From positions 180,544,001-180,608,000 of the forward strand of contig NW_027362765.1 in NCBI RefSeq assembly GCF_046119375.1: a DNA stretch of 64,000 bases. The letters are read 5' to 3'. Under the pieces are notes generated by a model. It saw only the letters and a list, made by a program, of their open reading frames with translations, was not told the DNA's origin and searched no databases. Positions 36,672 through 49,495 of the stretch are shown in pieces. Position 1 is the first letter of the stretch, and each line of letters opens with the position of its first letter. The stretch is from Phyllobates terribilis. Its lineage: Eukaryota. A program made the position numbers and the translations under genes.

Positions 36672-39511
36672 CTTTCACCATAATGTGCTTTCCAGGTCAT
36701 CCCTCACTTATGTTTCCTTCCTTCGAAGTCCACACCGTTAGACTCTTCAAACCTTTCTCCCTGCTAGTTGCGGTTGTGTATCGCCCTCCAGGCTCCTCCC
36801 ATCAGTTTCTGGATCACTTTGCCACCTGGATTCCACACTTCCTGTGATATTCCCACTCTCATCATGGGGGATTTTAACTTACCCATTGATAAGCCGCTTT
36901 CCCCATGTGCCTCTCATCTTCTTTCTCTAACTGCCTCATTCGGCCTCTCACAGCTTACTAACTCTCCTACACATGAAGACGGGAATACTCCGGACCTGGT
37001 ATTCTCATGACTCTGCTCGCTGCATGACTTTACTAACTCCCTTCTACCACTCTCTGACCATAACCTTCTTTCCTTCTCTGTCAAGAACTGTCTCTTCACA
37101 CGGGACACCGCCACTTACCATACACACAGAAATCTACGTGCCATCAAAATCCAGCAGCTTATGAACAATCTACAGTCATCTTTAGTTCCCATCCTCTCCC
37201 TCTCCTGTCCAGACTCAGCATTGTCACACTATAACAACACATTGCAGAGTGACCTGGATGAAGCAGCACCTGCTACACGCAGAATGACCCGGCAAAGACG
37301 GCAACCCTGGCACACGATGCAAATCACTTTCATCAGAAGACTTCATCTACTATAAGTTCATGCTCAAAACTTATAACTCTGCTCTCCATCTGGCTAAACA
37401 AGTCTACTTTACCACCCTCATCACATCTCTAGCCATCAATCCTAAACGACTCTTTTAAACCTTCCTCTCCCTCATGAACCCTAAAGTACAGACCCCCATC
37501 ACTAACTTAAGCGCTGATGATCTGGCCACTTATTTGATACAAAAAATCAATCATATCCATCAAGACATTTTTGCTCAATCCCCTCAGAGTCTGGATCCCC
37601 TTCCCTCCCGCACCTCAAGTACACTTTCCATTTTCGAGCCTGTCACAGAAGAAATGACCAGACTCTTTGCTTCTTCTCGGCCTACAACATGCAACAGTGA
37701 CCCTATTCCCTCACATTTCCTTCAGTTCCTTTCCCAAGCTGTCACTACCCACCTAACTAAAATATTTAACATCTCTCTTTCTTCAAAATCTTTCCCTCTT
37801 CATTTAAACATGCCATCATAACCCCTTTACGTAAAAAGCCATCCCTGGACCAGTACTGCACTGCTAACTACAGACCGGTCTCTAATCTTCCCTTTATCTC
37901 TAAACTCCTGGAATGCTTGGTCCACTCCCGTCTCATCCGCTATCTCTCAGATAATTGTCTTCTCGACACTTTGCAATCCGGTTTCCACTCTTCACACTCT
38001 ACTGAAACTGCCCTCAGTAAAGTCCCTAATAATCTATTAACAGCTAAATCAATGGACACTACTCCCTGCTGATTCTCCTGGATCTCTCTGCCGCATTTGA
38101 CACTGTGGATCACCAGCTCCTACTCACTATGCTCCTCTCCATCAGACTCAAGGACACCACTTTCTCCTGGTTCTCCTCCTATCTCTCTGACCGCTCCTTC
38201 ACGGTATCTTTTGCCTGCTCTTCTTCCTCTAACCTTCCCCTTACTATTGGGGTTCCACAAGGCTCAGTCCTAGGCCCCCTCCTCTTCTCTTTGTATACTG
38301 CCCCTATTGGACAAACCATCAGCAGATTTGGTTTCCAGTATCATCTCTATACTGATGACACCCAACTATACACCTCTTCACCTGACATCACCCCCAGTCT
38401 AATACAAAATACCAGTGATAGTCTGTCCGCTGTCTCTAACATCATGTCCTCCCTCTATCTGAAACTGAATCTCTCCAAAACTGAACCCCTTGTTTTTCCT
38501 CCTTCTACTAACCTACCTATACCTGACTTTTCAATTTCCTCGGGTGGGGCCACCATAACTCCCAAGCAGCAAGCTTGCTGTCTTGGAGTCATATTTGACA
38601 CACAACTTTCCTTTATTCCCCATATACAATCATTCATGTCACCTGCACCTTACAAAAACATCTCCAAAATCTGACCTTTTCTCACCTTTGATACTACAAA
38701 AACTCTTACTGTTGCTCTTATTCACTCTCTTCTGGACTACTGCAACTCTCTTCTAATTGGTCTCCCTCTAAACAAACTCTCTCCTCTCCAATCCATTCTG
38801 AATGCAGCAGCCAGGGTTGTATTTCTATCAAGCGGCTTCACCGACGCCTCTACCCTGTGCCAGTCATTGCACTGGTTACCCATTCACTACAGAATACAAT
38901 ACAAATTCATCTTTCTCACCCACCAAGCTCTCCACAGTTCTGCACCGCCCTATATCTCATCCCTCATTTTTGTCTATCATCTTTCTCGTGCCCTCCATTC
39001 TACAACTAATCTAAGACTAACATCCTCCTTATTCTGAACCTCACACCTCTGTCTCTAAGACTTCTCTCATGCTGCCCCAGTTTTCCGGAATGCACTGCCC
39101 CAAATGATCCAACTGATATCTAGCCCCCATGTTTTTAAATGTGCTTTAAAAACACATCTGTTTAGACAAGCCTATCACCTGAACTCACTATCCCAACTCT
39201 CCCCTGTTCCCTCCTAAATGTTAATGTTAATCTGCTCCTGCCTATTCATGTCTCCACATCCTTCATGCACCCAATAGCACACGGTAACTGCACTTAGACA
39301 GATACTGGCTGATGACCATGTTCTACCTATTGTGTCCCCCCATTTCCATATAGACTGTAAGCTTGCGAGCAGGGGCCTCACTCCTCCTGTAACTATTGAA
39401 ATGTGATACTTTGTATTGTTTGTATTGTCTGTACATGTCCCTACTTAATTGTAAAGTTCTGCGAAATATGTTGGCGCTATATAAATAAAAATTATTATTA
39501 TTATTATTATT
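36672..39511 (+). mobile_element. L2-clade LINE, 5'-truncated and frameshifted
   Basis: APE (VVYRPPG, IMGDFN), RT ([33 protein letters not shown]), 3' tail aataaaa(att)n at 39484-39511. Confidence 0.92.
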
Positions 39512-40504
39512 CACACTGCATATTTTACCACCGTTTTTGGTGGTGAAAATGCCGCAAAAATGCTAAAAAACACAAAACTCAAGAGAATGAACATAATTTC
39601 TTTGTAAAATCCGACTTACTGTTCACCATTATGTTATATGTTCAGGCTTTTCAGCTTCCTTTATACACTACAGCTTAATTAAAATAGGATACATTAAAAT
39701 AGGCCAAGCGTTTGAAGGGAATCTGTCAGGTGATTTTGTCGTAAATACTAATGGTATCCTAAAATAGGGCTTGGGCAGTCCCTTCAGAATATGTAATGTT
39801 TATTGCTGTACCTTGTCCCTTATTCTTGCTGTAAGCTCTGGACAATTCAGAGTCGCGCGCCGGTTAGTCAAGCGTATGTTAATCAAAAGTAAATATACAT
39901 GCCTACCAACACCCATAATCCTGCCCACCCCTCTGCGCCCACATCAGTGATAGTTAGGGTACCGTCAGACGACCATATTACTCGAGCAAGGATCACATTG
40001 CAATCCTCGGACTGGCGGTCGGTTCTACTGACCCAAGCGTGACAGCATATATTGGTGTGTTTCAGTGTGCCTTAACTTTTTAATTATTTAAATAAAGACT
40101 ACATTATTTTATGAATTTCTACATCAGAGCCTGAATCTTTCCTTCCTCGCATACTTACCAGACGCTCAGCAGCAGTGTGATTCTGTGCTTCTCTTCACCG
40201 GGATTCATTCCTGAGGGTGAGCTGGTTATCTACATTTTTACAACTAATACGGTCAGACTCAAATCTCAAAATGAAGTAGACCTTGCATGTAGAGCATCAA
40301 CAAAAGTAGCAATATATGGCAATATGTCTAAAATAGTAAAATATTCAGATCCATTAGAAACCTATCTGTGCACATTGGCAAAAAGGACGAGAAACAATGA
40401 GTGAATGCTGGAAGAATCCTTCCTACTGCTGGTCAGTATTGGCCTGAAACCTAAGACTCAGTCTTACGTCAGAAGTGTTATTTCAGTGCATGAGACAAGG
40501 AGAC

Positions 40505-40605
40505 TGAGTCATGAAGTTATGCAGAGCAATATTCACCAATAATCTAATGTGACCCATCGGTTAGGAATTCTAGACACGTATGGAAGTTTAACGGCAAGTA
40601 TAAAA
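40505..40605 (+). promoter_or_regulatory. Promoter of plus-strand hsp30: AP-1-like TGAGTCA (40505-40511), partial HSE-like units, TATAAAA (40599-40605)
   Basis: Motifs read directly; HSE matches are imperfect (TTCtaGAc near 40568). Confidence 0.65.
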
Positions 40606-40678
40606 AGAGTCCAAATAAATCTAAGACCCAGAGCTGTCTAGGAGCTAATGCCATACACAAATCTATCTCAGAAGAACA

Positions 40679-41281
40679 ATGTTGTGCCTATATGTTCAGA
40701 GAAACCATGATCCATGGAAGTTCTTCATACAACCTCTATGGCCAGCCTCCTCAGACCTCTTTACCAAGATGGAGGAGGACATGAGAAGAACAATTGAGGA
40801 CATAAAAGGCAACATGAGACGTATGGAGCTGTTCCACCAGCAGTTGATGGAGGAGATGGTCCTTGAAGATAATAAGCCTCAACCATTGATGCCTTCTGGT
40901 GACATAGTGTCCAGTGATGGTGGTTTTACGCTTTCCTTGGGCGTTCAGGACTTTTCTCCCCATGAGCTCACAGTTAAACTGTTCGGAAGAAAACTACTGG
41001 TTACTGGAGCAAAGGAAACTAAAACGGATGATGGGAAAGGTTCCTCTTCCTATAAGTGTCAGATTTTTAGGAAGGAGGCAGATCTTCCCCAGGATGTAAG
41101 AGCAGAAGATATGAGCTGCCTTTTAACCTCTGATGGTCAACTGAAAATAGAGGCCCCATGGCAGACTGCTCCAGCACTGAAGGAGAGGAATGTGCCCATC
41201 CAACTTCCAACCGTACAAGCAAAAAAACAAAAAACAGAGGATGGCAAAGACACTAGGAATAACCAGGACTCCAAGAGTTAA
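40679..41281 (+). CDS. hsp30: Intronless HSP30/HSPB9-like small heat-shock protein, 200 aa, intact
   Basis: Alpha-crystallin domain (FTLSLGVQDFSPHELTVKLFGRKLLVTG...FRKEADLPQDV), C-terminal VPI (IXI-type) motif, TATA at 40599, AATAAA at 41401. Confidence 0.92.
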   Translation: MLCLYVQRNHDPWKFFIQPLWPASSDLFTKMEEDMRRTIEDIKGNMRRMELFHQQLMEEMVLEDNKPQPLMPSGDIVSSDGGFTLSLGVQDFSPHELTVKLFGRKLLVTGAKETKTDDGKGSSSYKCQIFRKEADLPQDVRAEDMSCLLTSDGQLKIEAPWQTAPALKERNVPIQLPTVQAKKQKTEDGKDTRNNQDSKS

Positions 41282-43349
41282 GCATTTCTTTTTGTATGCT
41301 GCTAGATGTATTTTTCCGGTTTTACAAATTGTATGCAGCCAAATGGATTGCTGATAAGTATACCACACTGTTTGATATATGAAACTGTTTTTATTATGTT
41401 AATAAATTTGCAAGATTGTTTATGACTTGGTCATTTTATGCAATTCCTGCTGATATTTTACAAGCCCTGGTTTCTAGGGAAATAGATCTAATTGACGGCT
41501 AGTGTATGTTAATGCTAAAAAAAAAGTATATATATGTATAATCTGTTTACATTTGTAAAATAAATTAGCCAGGATATAAGAGTTTATGGTGTAATATGAC
41601 AACTTTAAAATTTATTGATGTGGGTGGGGGGCAGGGTGTGTATTTCTGGGATCACATTAAGGTTTCAAGATGTAAATATAGTAAGGGAGTTGTCCAGTCA
41701 TATGATATCTACAACCCATCCTTAGTATAGGTCATGGATACCAGATTGGTAGAAGGGTGAATATAGCTGGCATCTGCCCTGTGTGGAGCGGGCTCTGCTC
41801 TTGAGCCCTCTTCATGACGTAATAGGGGTCTTAAGGAGTTAAAGTTTGTTTGTAGTTCTTGCCTAAAGATTTATGCACACAAGTGTAATGTGAGAGGTAT
41901 AATTTTAAAGTTGATCTGTCACCAGATTTCACAATACCAACTGCACACATTAATAAACTGACCCCAGCACTGCAAGGCTACAGTGCTAATCACTGTCATT
42001 CATTGCTGATTTCACCTGTACAAATTCATCTTGTATGTACCCCTTATTCAAGATCTGAAAACCAAGCCCAATTGTTACTATGCGGGAAGAAACCCCTTTA
42101 GAACCTTTTATCTTGGAGACAAATATTAGTTTTACCCCCCTCTATTCCCTGGCAAGGCTCTGAGAATCAGTGGCTCGTGCTGAAGAACCTCTTCTACGTG
42201 CAGCTTTTCCTTTCTCTTGTTTGCAATTAGCAAACCTTTATAATTGTATATATATTATAAAGCCTTATGATTGTTAATGGGTTAATATACAATAATGATG
42301 GCAGAAAAGTCTCTCTACAAGAAGCAGAGTGCACGAGGCTGAATTGATCGCAGAGGTCGACACTTTCTGCAGAACAAGCTCTCTGTAATGAGGCTCGAGC
42401 TCCAAAGTGTGAATGATTTCCATGGCCGGGAGGTAGAAGCGCTCAGAACCCCTGACTCTTCGCTATTAATAACACACCAGCTGCCCTTCTGCCATTGTAC
42501 AGATCAGAATTCTCCACATAAGCTAAAAGTTGTGAGTTTTATTGCACAAAATGCCCCAGTAGCCATCACAATGAAACGATTTCTGCTGTGGAGAGAAGTG
42601 CTACAGGCTAGATAAATAATTAATAAAGACATTGCTGAATTGGAAGCTGGCACCAGCTGGGGACATCCGACAAAATCCTCATGTTTGACTGGTTTTCATC
42701 ATCACAAACGCAATCTGTGCAGCCATGGGCAGTATGGAATAGCCGGCGGCCAACATAGTCATTTTTAGATCAGTGTGTTTCATAGGCAAGATCTCCTCCC
42801 CCCCACATAAGCTGATCCTGATAATTCTAGACACTTCTCATGGCATTGTGTCTTTGCCATAAACACTGCAGCCAAATGTTACTTTACACAATGCACTTTA
42901 CCCCTCCCCCGCAATTTTTATTATTTTTCTCTTTAAGAGATCCAATGTGACACTCATGAGAAGTGTAGCTGTTTCTCCCAAGTGCAGTGACGCACCCCTT
43001 GTGCACTTCCAGCCTACTCTGCATTTGGCATCTACTAGGGATGGCAAGAATTGTTTCACAGGACTCAGTCCAGCGGCCACGTTGGAGATCTCTGGCCGCC
43101 AAATTGGAGCCAGACCTACGTACCGCCTCCTACCTGCCAACATCTGTGGCTCTTCTTTTGATTAGTCAGCCTGGCAAGACATCACATGTGCATCACACCA
43201 CAAGGATGAGATCAGGAGAACTAATCAAGAGCCGGGGAAAATGCTAGGTAGAACGTGGTTCACAGGGCTCTCATCCGGCGGCCACTGATTACTGACACGG
43301 ACGATGGACCATGTCCTTCGAATTAATTTGCACCATCTGTAGCTTATAC

Positions 43350-45790
43350 ATTATGTGCAAAATAATAGCAGCGTGTTTAACACAACTGAGAAAAACCTCA
43401 GTCCTCATAATAGCATTTATTTCCATATACACAAAGGCACTGGGAGATGCACATTCAATTCCAAATGAAAGCATGAACAAAATATCACATTTTTAAACTG
43501 AAATGAAGAAAAAAGAATAATAGGCTGCTCAAAAAAATAAGTGTCTGCAATTTCATTTACACACTTAAATATTTACAGTATAAACTGAAATTTGTTTACA
43601 GATTTAGCTTTTCTATTAATCACTGAACTAATATTTAGTTCTATAACTTTTATTTCTGATAATTGCTTTACATCTGTGTGGCATGGAGTCAACTAATATC
43701 TGCGAATAGATTTTGCAGCCCAAGCTGACTGGACTACATTCCACAGTTATTTTGGATTCTTAGATTTTGTATCAAAACAGCATTTTTGAGGTCACTCCAT
43801 AAATTCTCGATCAGATTGAGGTCTGGGGATTGGGTTGGCCTTTTCATAACATCAATCTTATTGGTCTGGAACCAGGATGTTGCCTGCTTGCTGGGGTGTT
43901 TGGGGTCATTTTCTTGCTGACACACCCATTTCAAGGGCATTTCTTCTTCAGCATAAGGCAACATGATCTCTTCCAGTATTTTGATATATTCAAACTGGTC
44001 CATCATGCCTCATATGTGATAAATGGGCTAAACTCAATAGCATGAAAAACATCCCAAACCATTATGCTTGCATCTCCATGTTTTACAGTCTTCACAGTGT
44101 ACTGTGGCTTGAATTCAGTGTTTATGGGTCATCTCACAAACTGTCGGCGGCCTTTAGACCCAATAAGAACAATCTTGCTCTCATCTGTCCATAGAATGTT
44201 GCGCCACTTCTCTTTAGGACAGTCAATGTGTTCTTTAGCAAACTAAATGTGCCGCCCCGGCCGGGCCGCTGCGGTCATGGTACTGATGCACGGCGGTCCG
44301 AGTGCTAGTATGGTCTGACCGGGGATGCGCGACAGTCTTTGTCAATTGTGGGGTTAATAATAAAATAATAAAAAGGGTTCGTGACGCCAGTTGGGATGTT
44401 CGGCCTGGTATGGCCGGGCACTGATGAGGGCCCCTGGGAGTTAGGTGGTGATGAGAGTGTCAGATAATTAACCATTCCCAACCAGGACTGGCTCCCAGGG
44501 GAGTTGGAGCTGTAATGGCGCAGCAGGGAATAATCAGCTTGAGACAGGGTAATAACCATTTTTGTACCTTTTATTGGACTTCTGCAAACAGTTCCAGAAG
44601 CTTCCATACCATCACATATAGGGTTTTGGTCAGGCCTGCCTGGTGGGGGTTCAGATTCTCTGCTGTGAGGTTGTGTAGCCTTCCTGCTGCTAAGTATACC
44701 TTTGGTACACGATTCCTTGGATCCCCAGGGGTCGAGGTAAACAGTTACTGGATCCGTGATCCCTTCCAGCGAGCATGCAGCTTGACTCCTGTGGAAAACA
44801 CTTACTTTCTCTTGTAGTAGTGTTCCTGATTCTATGCACTGCTGAGCCCCTAGGAAAAAGCACTCTTCAGCCAGTCTTAAAGACTGAGCAGTCTTTCAGT
44901 TTAGCATGGACCCTGGAAGTCTCTGTGCTCTTGGGACTGAGACCCTGCCTTGTGCAGCTACCCCTTGTAGAGAGCACACTTCTCTCCCTTGCACAGGGCA
45001 CTCCATGATGCTACATCTTCCTCCTTCCTCCTTTCAGTAAGGGATCGGGTAACAATGTGTGGATGCAATGAGAACAGCAGAGAACTTACACTCACCATAA
45101 CTGGCAATACATATGAATTATATTACACATGCAGGCATTTTGTGGCGCTGTAGACACGGGCGCCACATAACCTTTTCAACACGTCTTTTTTTCAGCAATG
45201 GTACTTTATGAGGGTTTCTTGCAAATAGTTTGGCTTCATGTACGCATCTTCTGGTGGTTGCAGAACTCACATGTAAATGAAGATCTTCTTTGATCTGCCT
45301 GGAGCTGATTATTGGATACTTCTTTGCCATTCTAGGATCTTTGCAGAAGGTAGTATTTCTTTTCCTACCACATGGTTTGGGTGTTTACCAATTTAAAGCT
45401 TTAGAAATATTTTTAGTTCAGTAGCAAACTATTTTCTGCACTTCTTTATACGTTTTTCTCTCTCCAATCAACTTCATGATCAAAGTTCTTTCTCCTTCGG
45501 TACAATGTCTGGAACGACCCATTTTACACACTAAGGGCGAAAACAAGTAGATACAACATTTACTGCCCTCTTTTAAATAAGGGTCAAAATTGACACGTTT
45601 CTTCACAGAATTAATTACCTCACTAATTGCTCTATACATTGCTATTAATTAGAACACCACCTTTCAATAAATGAGTTAATTACACCCAATTAGTAGCAAG
45701 CAAGTCATTACTGTTGATTCTGTTGGTTGCCCATTACTCGCCTACATATAGTCATGAATTTTTTTCCCATGTTGTATGATCTTTTTTGCC
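43350..45790 (-). mobile_element. Degraded Tc1 element split by a solo LTR
   Basis: MGRSRHCTEGERTLIMKLIG (N-terminus), QQENDPKH, QSPDLNLIENLW; boundaries approximate. Confidence 0.8.
44248..45167. mobile_element. Probable solo LTR (920 bp) inside the Tc1
   Basis: TG...CA ends with 10-bp near-inverted termini tgtgccgccc / gggcgccaca; imperfect 4-bp TSD taaa/taac; Tc1 sequence resumes on each side. Confidence 0.7.
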
Positions 45791-46723
45791 AAAACAAGGG
45801 CCTTAATCAAGCCAGACAGACACTATTGGTAATACTGTCGGTCTTTTACTCTGGCTTGATAAAGGCTGCTTGAGATCGAAATGTTGCAGTTTCCACCTGA
45901 TATGTAAAGTGAATACCTCGTGTCCAATGGATAGTTCTATTTCAGTTCCCTTTAACTATCTGTGAGGAATCTCTGAATCACGTTTTAGAATACCAAATCG
46001 CCACAAAATGGATTTGCCATAAAATGACCTCTTAAAAATGGCATAAAACACAATAAATACAGTATGCCAATATTCACAGTTTTAAAATTTGCTGTTTTTT
46101 CATGCATTAAGGCCAGGAAACTGTAGCTACCAAAGTATAAAATTCTGGTTGTAATAGCTTTGACTTCCCAATTCTTTTGTTCCTCCTCTCATCGTTTGGA
46201 AAGCTGAGTCATGGCAGGATATCCAGACTGAACGTATGTGACGTCACCACAATGTTGAAGTTATGTTCATAGTGTCACCATATTTTATGTCAGGGAAAGG
46301 CTGTCATTCACTTTTGTCAATGTGTGAAGGGGATGGGAAACAGGAGAACTGGTAGGTGGTTCTGTTCATTTTACATCAATATGGTCACAAAGATTATACA
46401 CACAGCATAAAGCGGACAACGTACATTCAGCTTTTGTAGCAGTTCTCTGAGCCAAAGCCAGGAGTAGATTAAAGTGGATGGGAAATATATTCGAAAATAA
46501 AACTTTAGGATGGGCACATTGTGACTTAGGCTACGACACAGATCAGGCAGCTAAAAATCACTATGCTGCTCATACTACGTAGTGTTGGTAAATGGTGTCT
46601 GATTGAAAAAAAAGAGGGTGCTCTGACTGTGATAAGAAAGTCACAAAGTTAGATTTTTTTTGTCAAAGTCATGGTACGATGCAGGTCACAATGCGACCCC
46701 ATCCACCAACACTACGCTGTAGC

Positions 46724-47393
46724 AGAGGCATAGTGAGTTCTGTGACCGTGCGACCCGAGAGGCATAGTGAGTTCTGTGACCGTGCGACCCAAGAGGCATA
46801 GTGAGTTCTGTGGCCGTACGACCCGAGAGGCATAGTGAGTTGTGGCCGTGCGACCCGAGAGTCATAGTGAGTTCTGTGGCCGTGCGACCCGAGAGGCATA
46901 GTGAGTTCTGTGGGCGTGCGACCCGAGAGGCATAGTGAGTTCTATGACCGTGCGACCCGAGAGTCATAGTGAGTTCTGTGGCTGTCCGACCCGAGAGGCA
47001 TAGTGAGTTCTGTGGGCGTGCGACCCGAGAGGCATAGTGAGTTCTATGACCGTGCGACTCGAGAGTCATAGTGAGTTCTGTGGCCGTGCGACCCGAGAGG
47101 CATAGTGAGTTCTATGACCGTGCGACTCGAGAGTCATAGTGAGTTCTGTGGCCGTGCGACCCGAGAGGCATAGTGAGTTCTGTGGCCGTGCGACCCGAGA
47201 GGAATAGTGAGTTCTGTGGGCGCGCGATCTGAGAAGCATAGTGAGTTCTATGACCGTGCGACCCGAGAGGCATGGTGAGTTGTGGCCGTGCGACCCGAGA
47301 GGCATAGTGAGTTCTGTGGGCGCGTGATCCGAGAGGCATAGTGAGTTCTGTGGCCGCGTGACCCGAAAGGCATAGTGAGTTCTGTGGCCGCGC
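46724..47393. repeat. 34-bp CpG-rich minisatellite, about 20 copies
   Basis: gtgagttctgtggccgtgcgacccgagaggcata with 32-bp variants. Confidence 0.95.
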
Positions 47394-47496
47394 GACACGT
47401 ATCGAAGACAAAGTAGCCATGTAGTCACCAGGTTTTTTTGGGGGAGTAGCCCTGCTCCAAAAAGATGATTGCACACAGCCTTAAACTGTCAAACAG

Positions 47497-47497
<1 letters not shown>

Positions 47498-47530
<33 letters not shown>
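47498..47530. repeat. (GA)n microsatellite, interrupted
   Basis: Read directly. Confidence 0.9.
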
Positions 47531-49495
47531 ACGCGTCTGGTAGCGCACCCCTCCTTGGTGCCCCTGTGTTTCCCTTCTAGTATCGTTCTTCTACCAGCTG
47601 CCGTTACATTATCGCCATCTGGATATTTTTTTTTAAATTCTAAATAAAAGACATTTGTTTTTACTATTGGAGTCTGTGGAGCTGGATCATCGTTTTTCCT
47701 ATTATTCTGAGTTCAAGTGCATAGAATATATCATGATTCCAATTTACAATATTATTAATAAATTAGTGCAAAGAATTCATTGTACATAGTACAGCCATCA
47801 TCATTACATACATAGTGCAATATATTGATACAAATTACATAGTATAATCTGCCCAAAGTGCTTTTCAATTTTATATACCTCAAGATAAAGTACCTTGTGC
47901 ATTAAATATCAATAAATAAACTCATGTGTGGTATAATTAATTGCGGAGTATGTGACTCACCCATTAATTTTTATTATTATTCCTCAGCGTGCGTATCGCC
48001 GGTATCAGCGTCCGGAAGCATGCTTCTGAGCATGTCCGTTCACGTCATCACCTAATAGCCAATCACTGTATCCAAACTCTCAGACGGGGGCCGCGCCTGC
48101 GCAATACGGTCCCCCAATATGCGGTCACCATCTTTGTTTAGGAAGATCATCTCCCGTCCCATTGCCCTCACAAGGCGTCAACATTTAGAGGGAAAGAGTA
48201 ATTGAAAATAGGAGCCAATGTCATATGGGGGCATCTCCATCTATTTAACAAAAGCATCCATGTTTCACTGGGGTACATTTTCTCTTGTATGCCATATATA
48301 ACCAGAACCATGCAAAACATCACCTCTTTCAAGGTGACAATTGCAACGGTCACAGGCGCTATTAGGGGGCTCCAGTCCTTAAAGGGCCAGTCCCCCAGAT
48401 GCACTACTGGAATAAATCACGGCAAGGGTTATTTTACATCTTTATATATTGCCCCTCCACATGGGCCCTCAGGTTCCATTCTAATTTCATTGTCTCTATA
48501 AAAATCATATCTTTAGTTTGGCTAGAAGGCTATGACCTGGGAAAACACATTTATAAAAGATGATTTTAATAAAAAATGATCAATACAAATATCAATAATA
48601 GATATGTAATTTACATGGATGAGTCTGTCCCCATTCATAAATTCATGATGAAAAAGTGAAAGATAAAAAAGAGGGGATTACAATCCTCATATATATCTAA
48701 AAGAAGACAATAAAGCACCCTATTTATACCGCTTCATTATGTTGAGAGAATACTAAGGACTAAGGAGATAGAGGACTATAGAATCGCATTAATTTTGAAA
48801 TCTGCATTAAGGCCATTGGGTCTAAGGGTATTCAATCTATGGATCCACTCCAACTCTTTCCGTTTAAGGAGACGTATCCTATCCCCTCCCCTTCTCTGTG
48901 GAGGTACTGTATCAATAATCATAAATTTTAGTTGTTTTTCTGTATGCCCTTTTTCCGTAAAGTGTTTTGGCACCGGAAGGTTTAACCTCTTCCTCCTTAT
49001 GGTATATCGGTGATGATTAATCTGGGTCTTGAAATCCCACATTGTTTCACCAATATAACATAAGGAGCTTATGCACTGAAGCAAATAAATCACGTAATCT
49101 GAATTAAAAGTAAGGTAGTGTTTAATATCATAGGTCAAATTTGTATTAGGATGTGTAAATCTTGATCCTTTTATCATTAGGGGGCAAGTCACACATGATA
49201 AGCAAGGGAAACATCCCTTTCTCTGTATACCTGTAAGATAAGTCTGTTTTGTCTTTTTAAGAGATCCACTATCCGAATGTACCACATAATCTCCATTATT
49301 TTTGTTCCTCCTATATGAAAATAATGGTGGATTTTTAAGTTCTTCCACATGTGGCAAACATTTAGTCAGCATACCCCAATGTTTTTTAATAACTGCAGCC
49401 TCATAAGTTCTTTATCTTTTGGTTTCTGATTCAAGATTGTCTAGTCTATTTAGGGACTTTTTCTTTGTGCCCCTCCAATAAGTTCCTGGGGTACC

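Noticed and set aside
39978-40015. aggat/atcct hairpin resembling a hammerhead stem II
   Set aside because: Neither flanking core segment matches CUGANGA or GAAA well enough.
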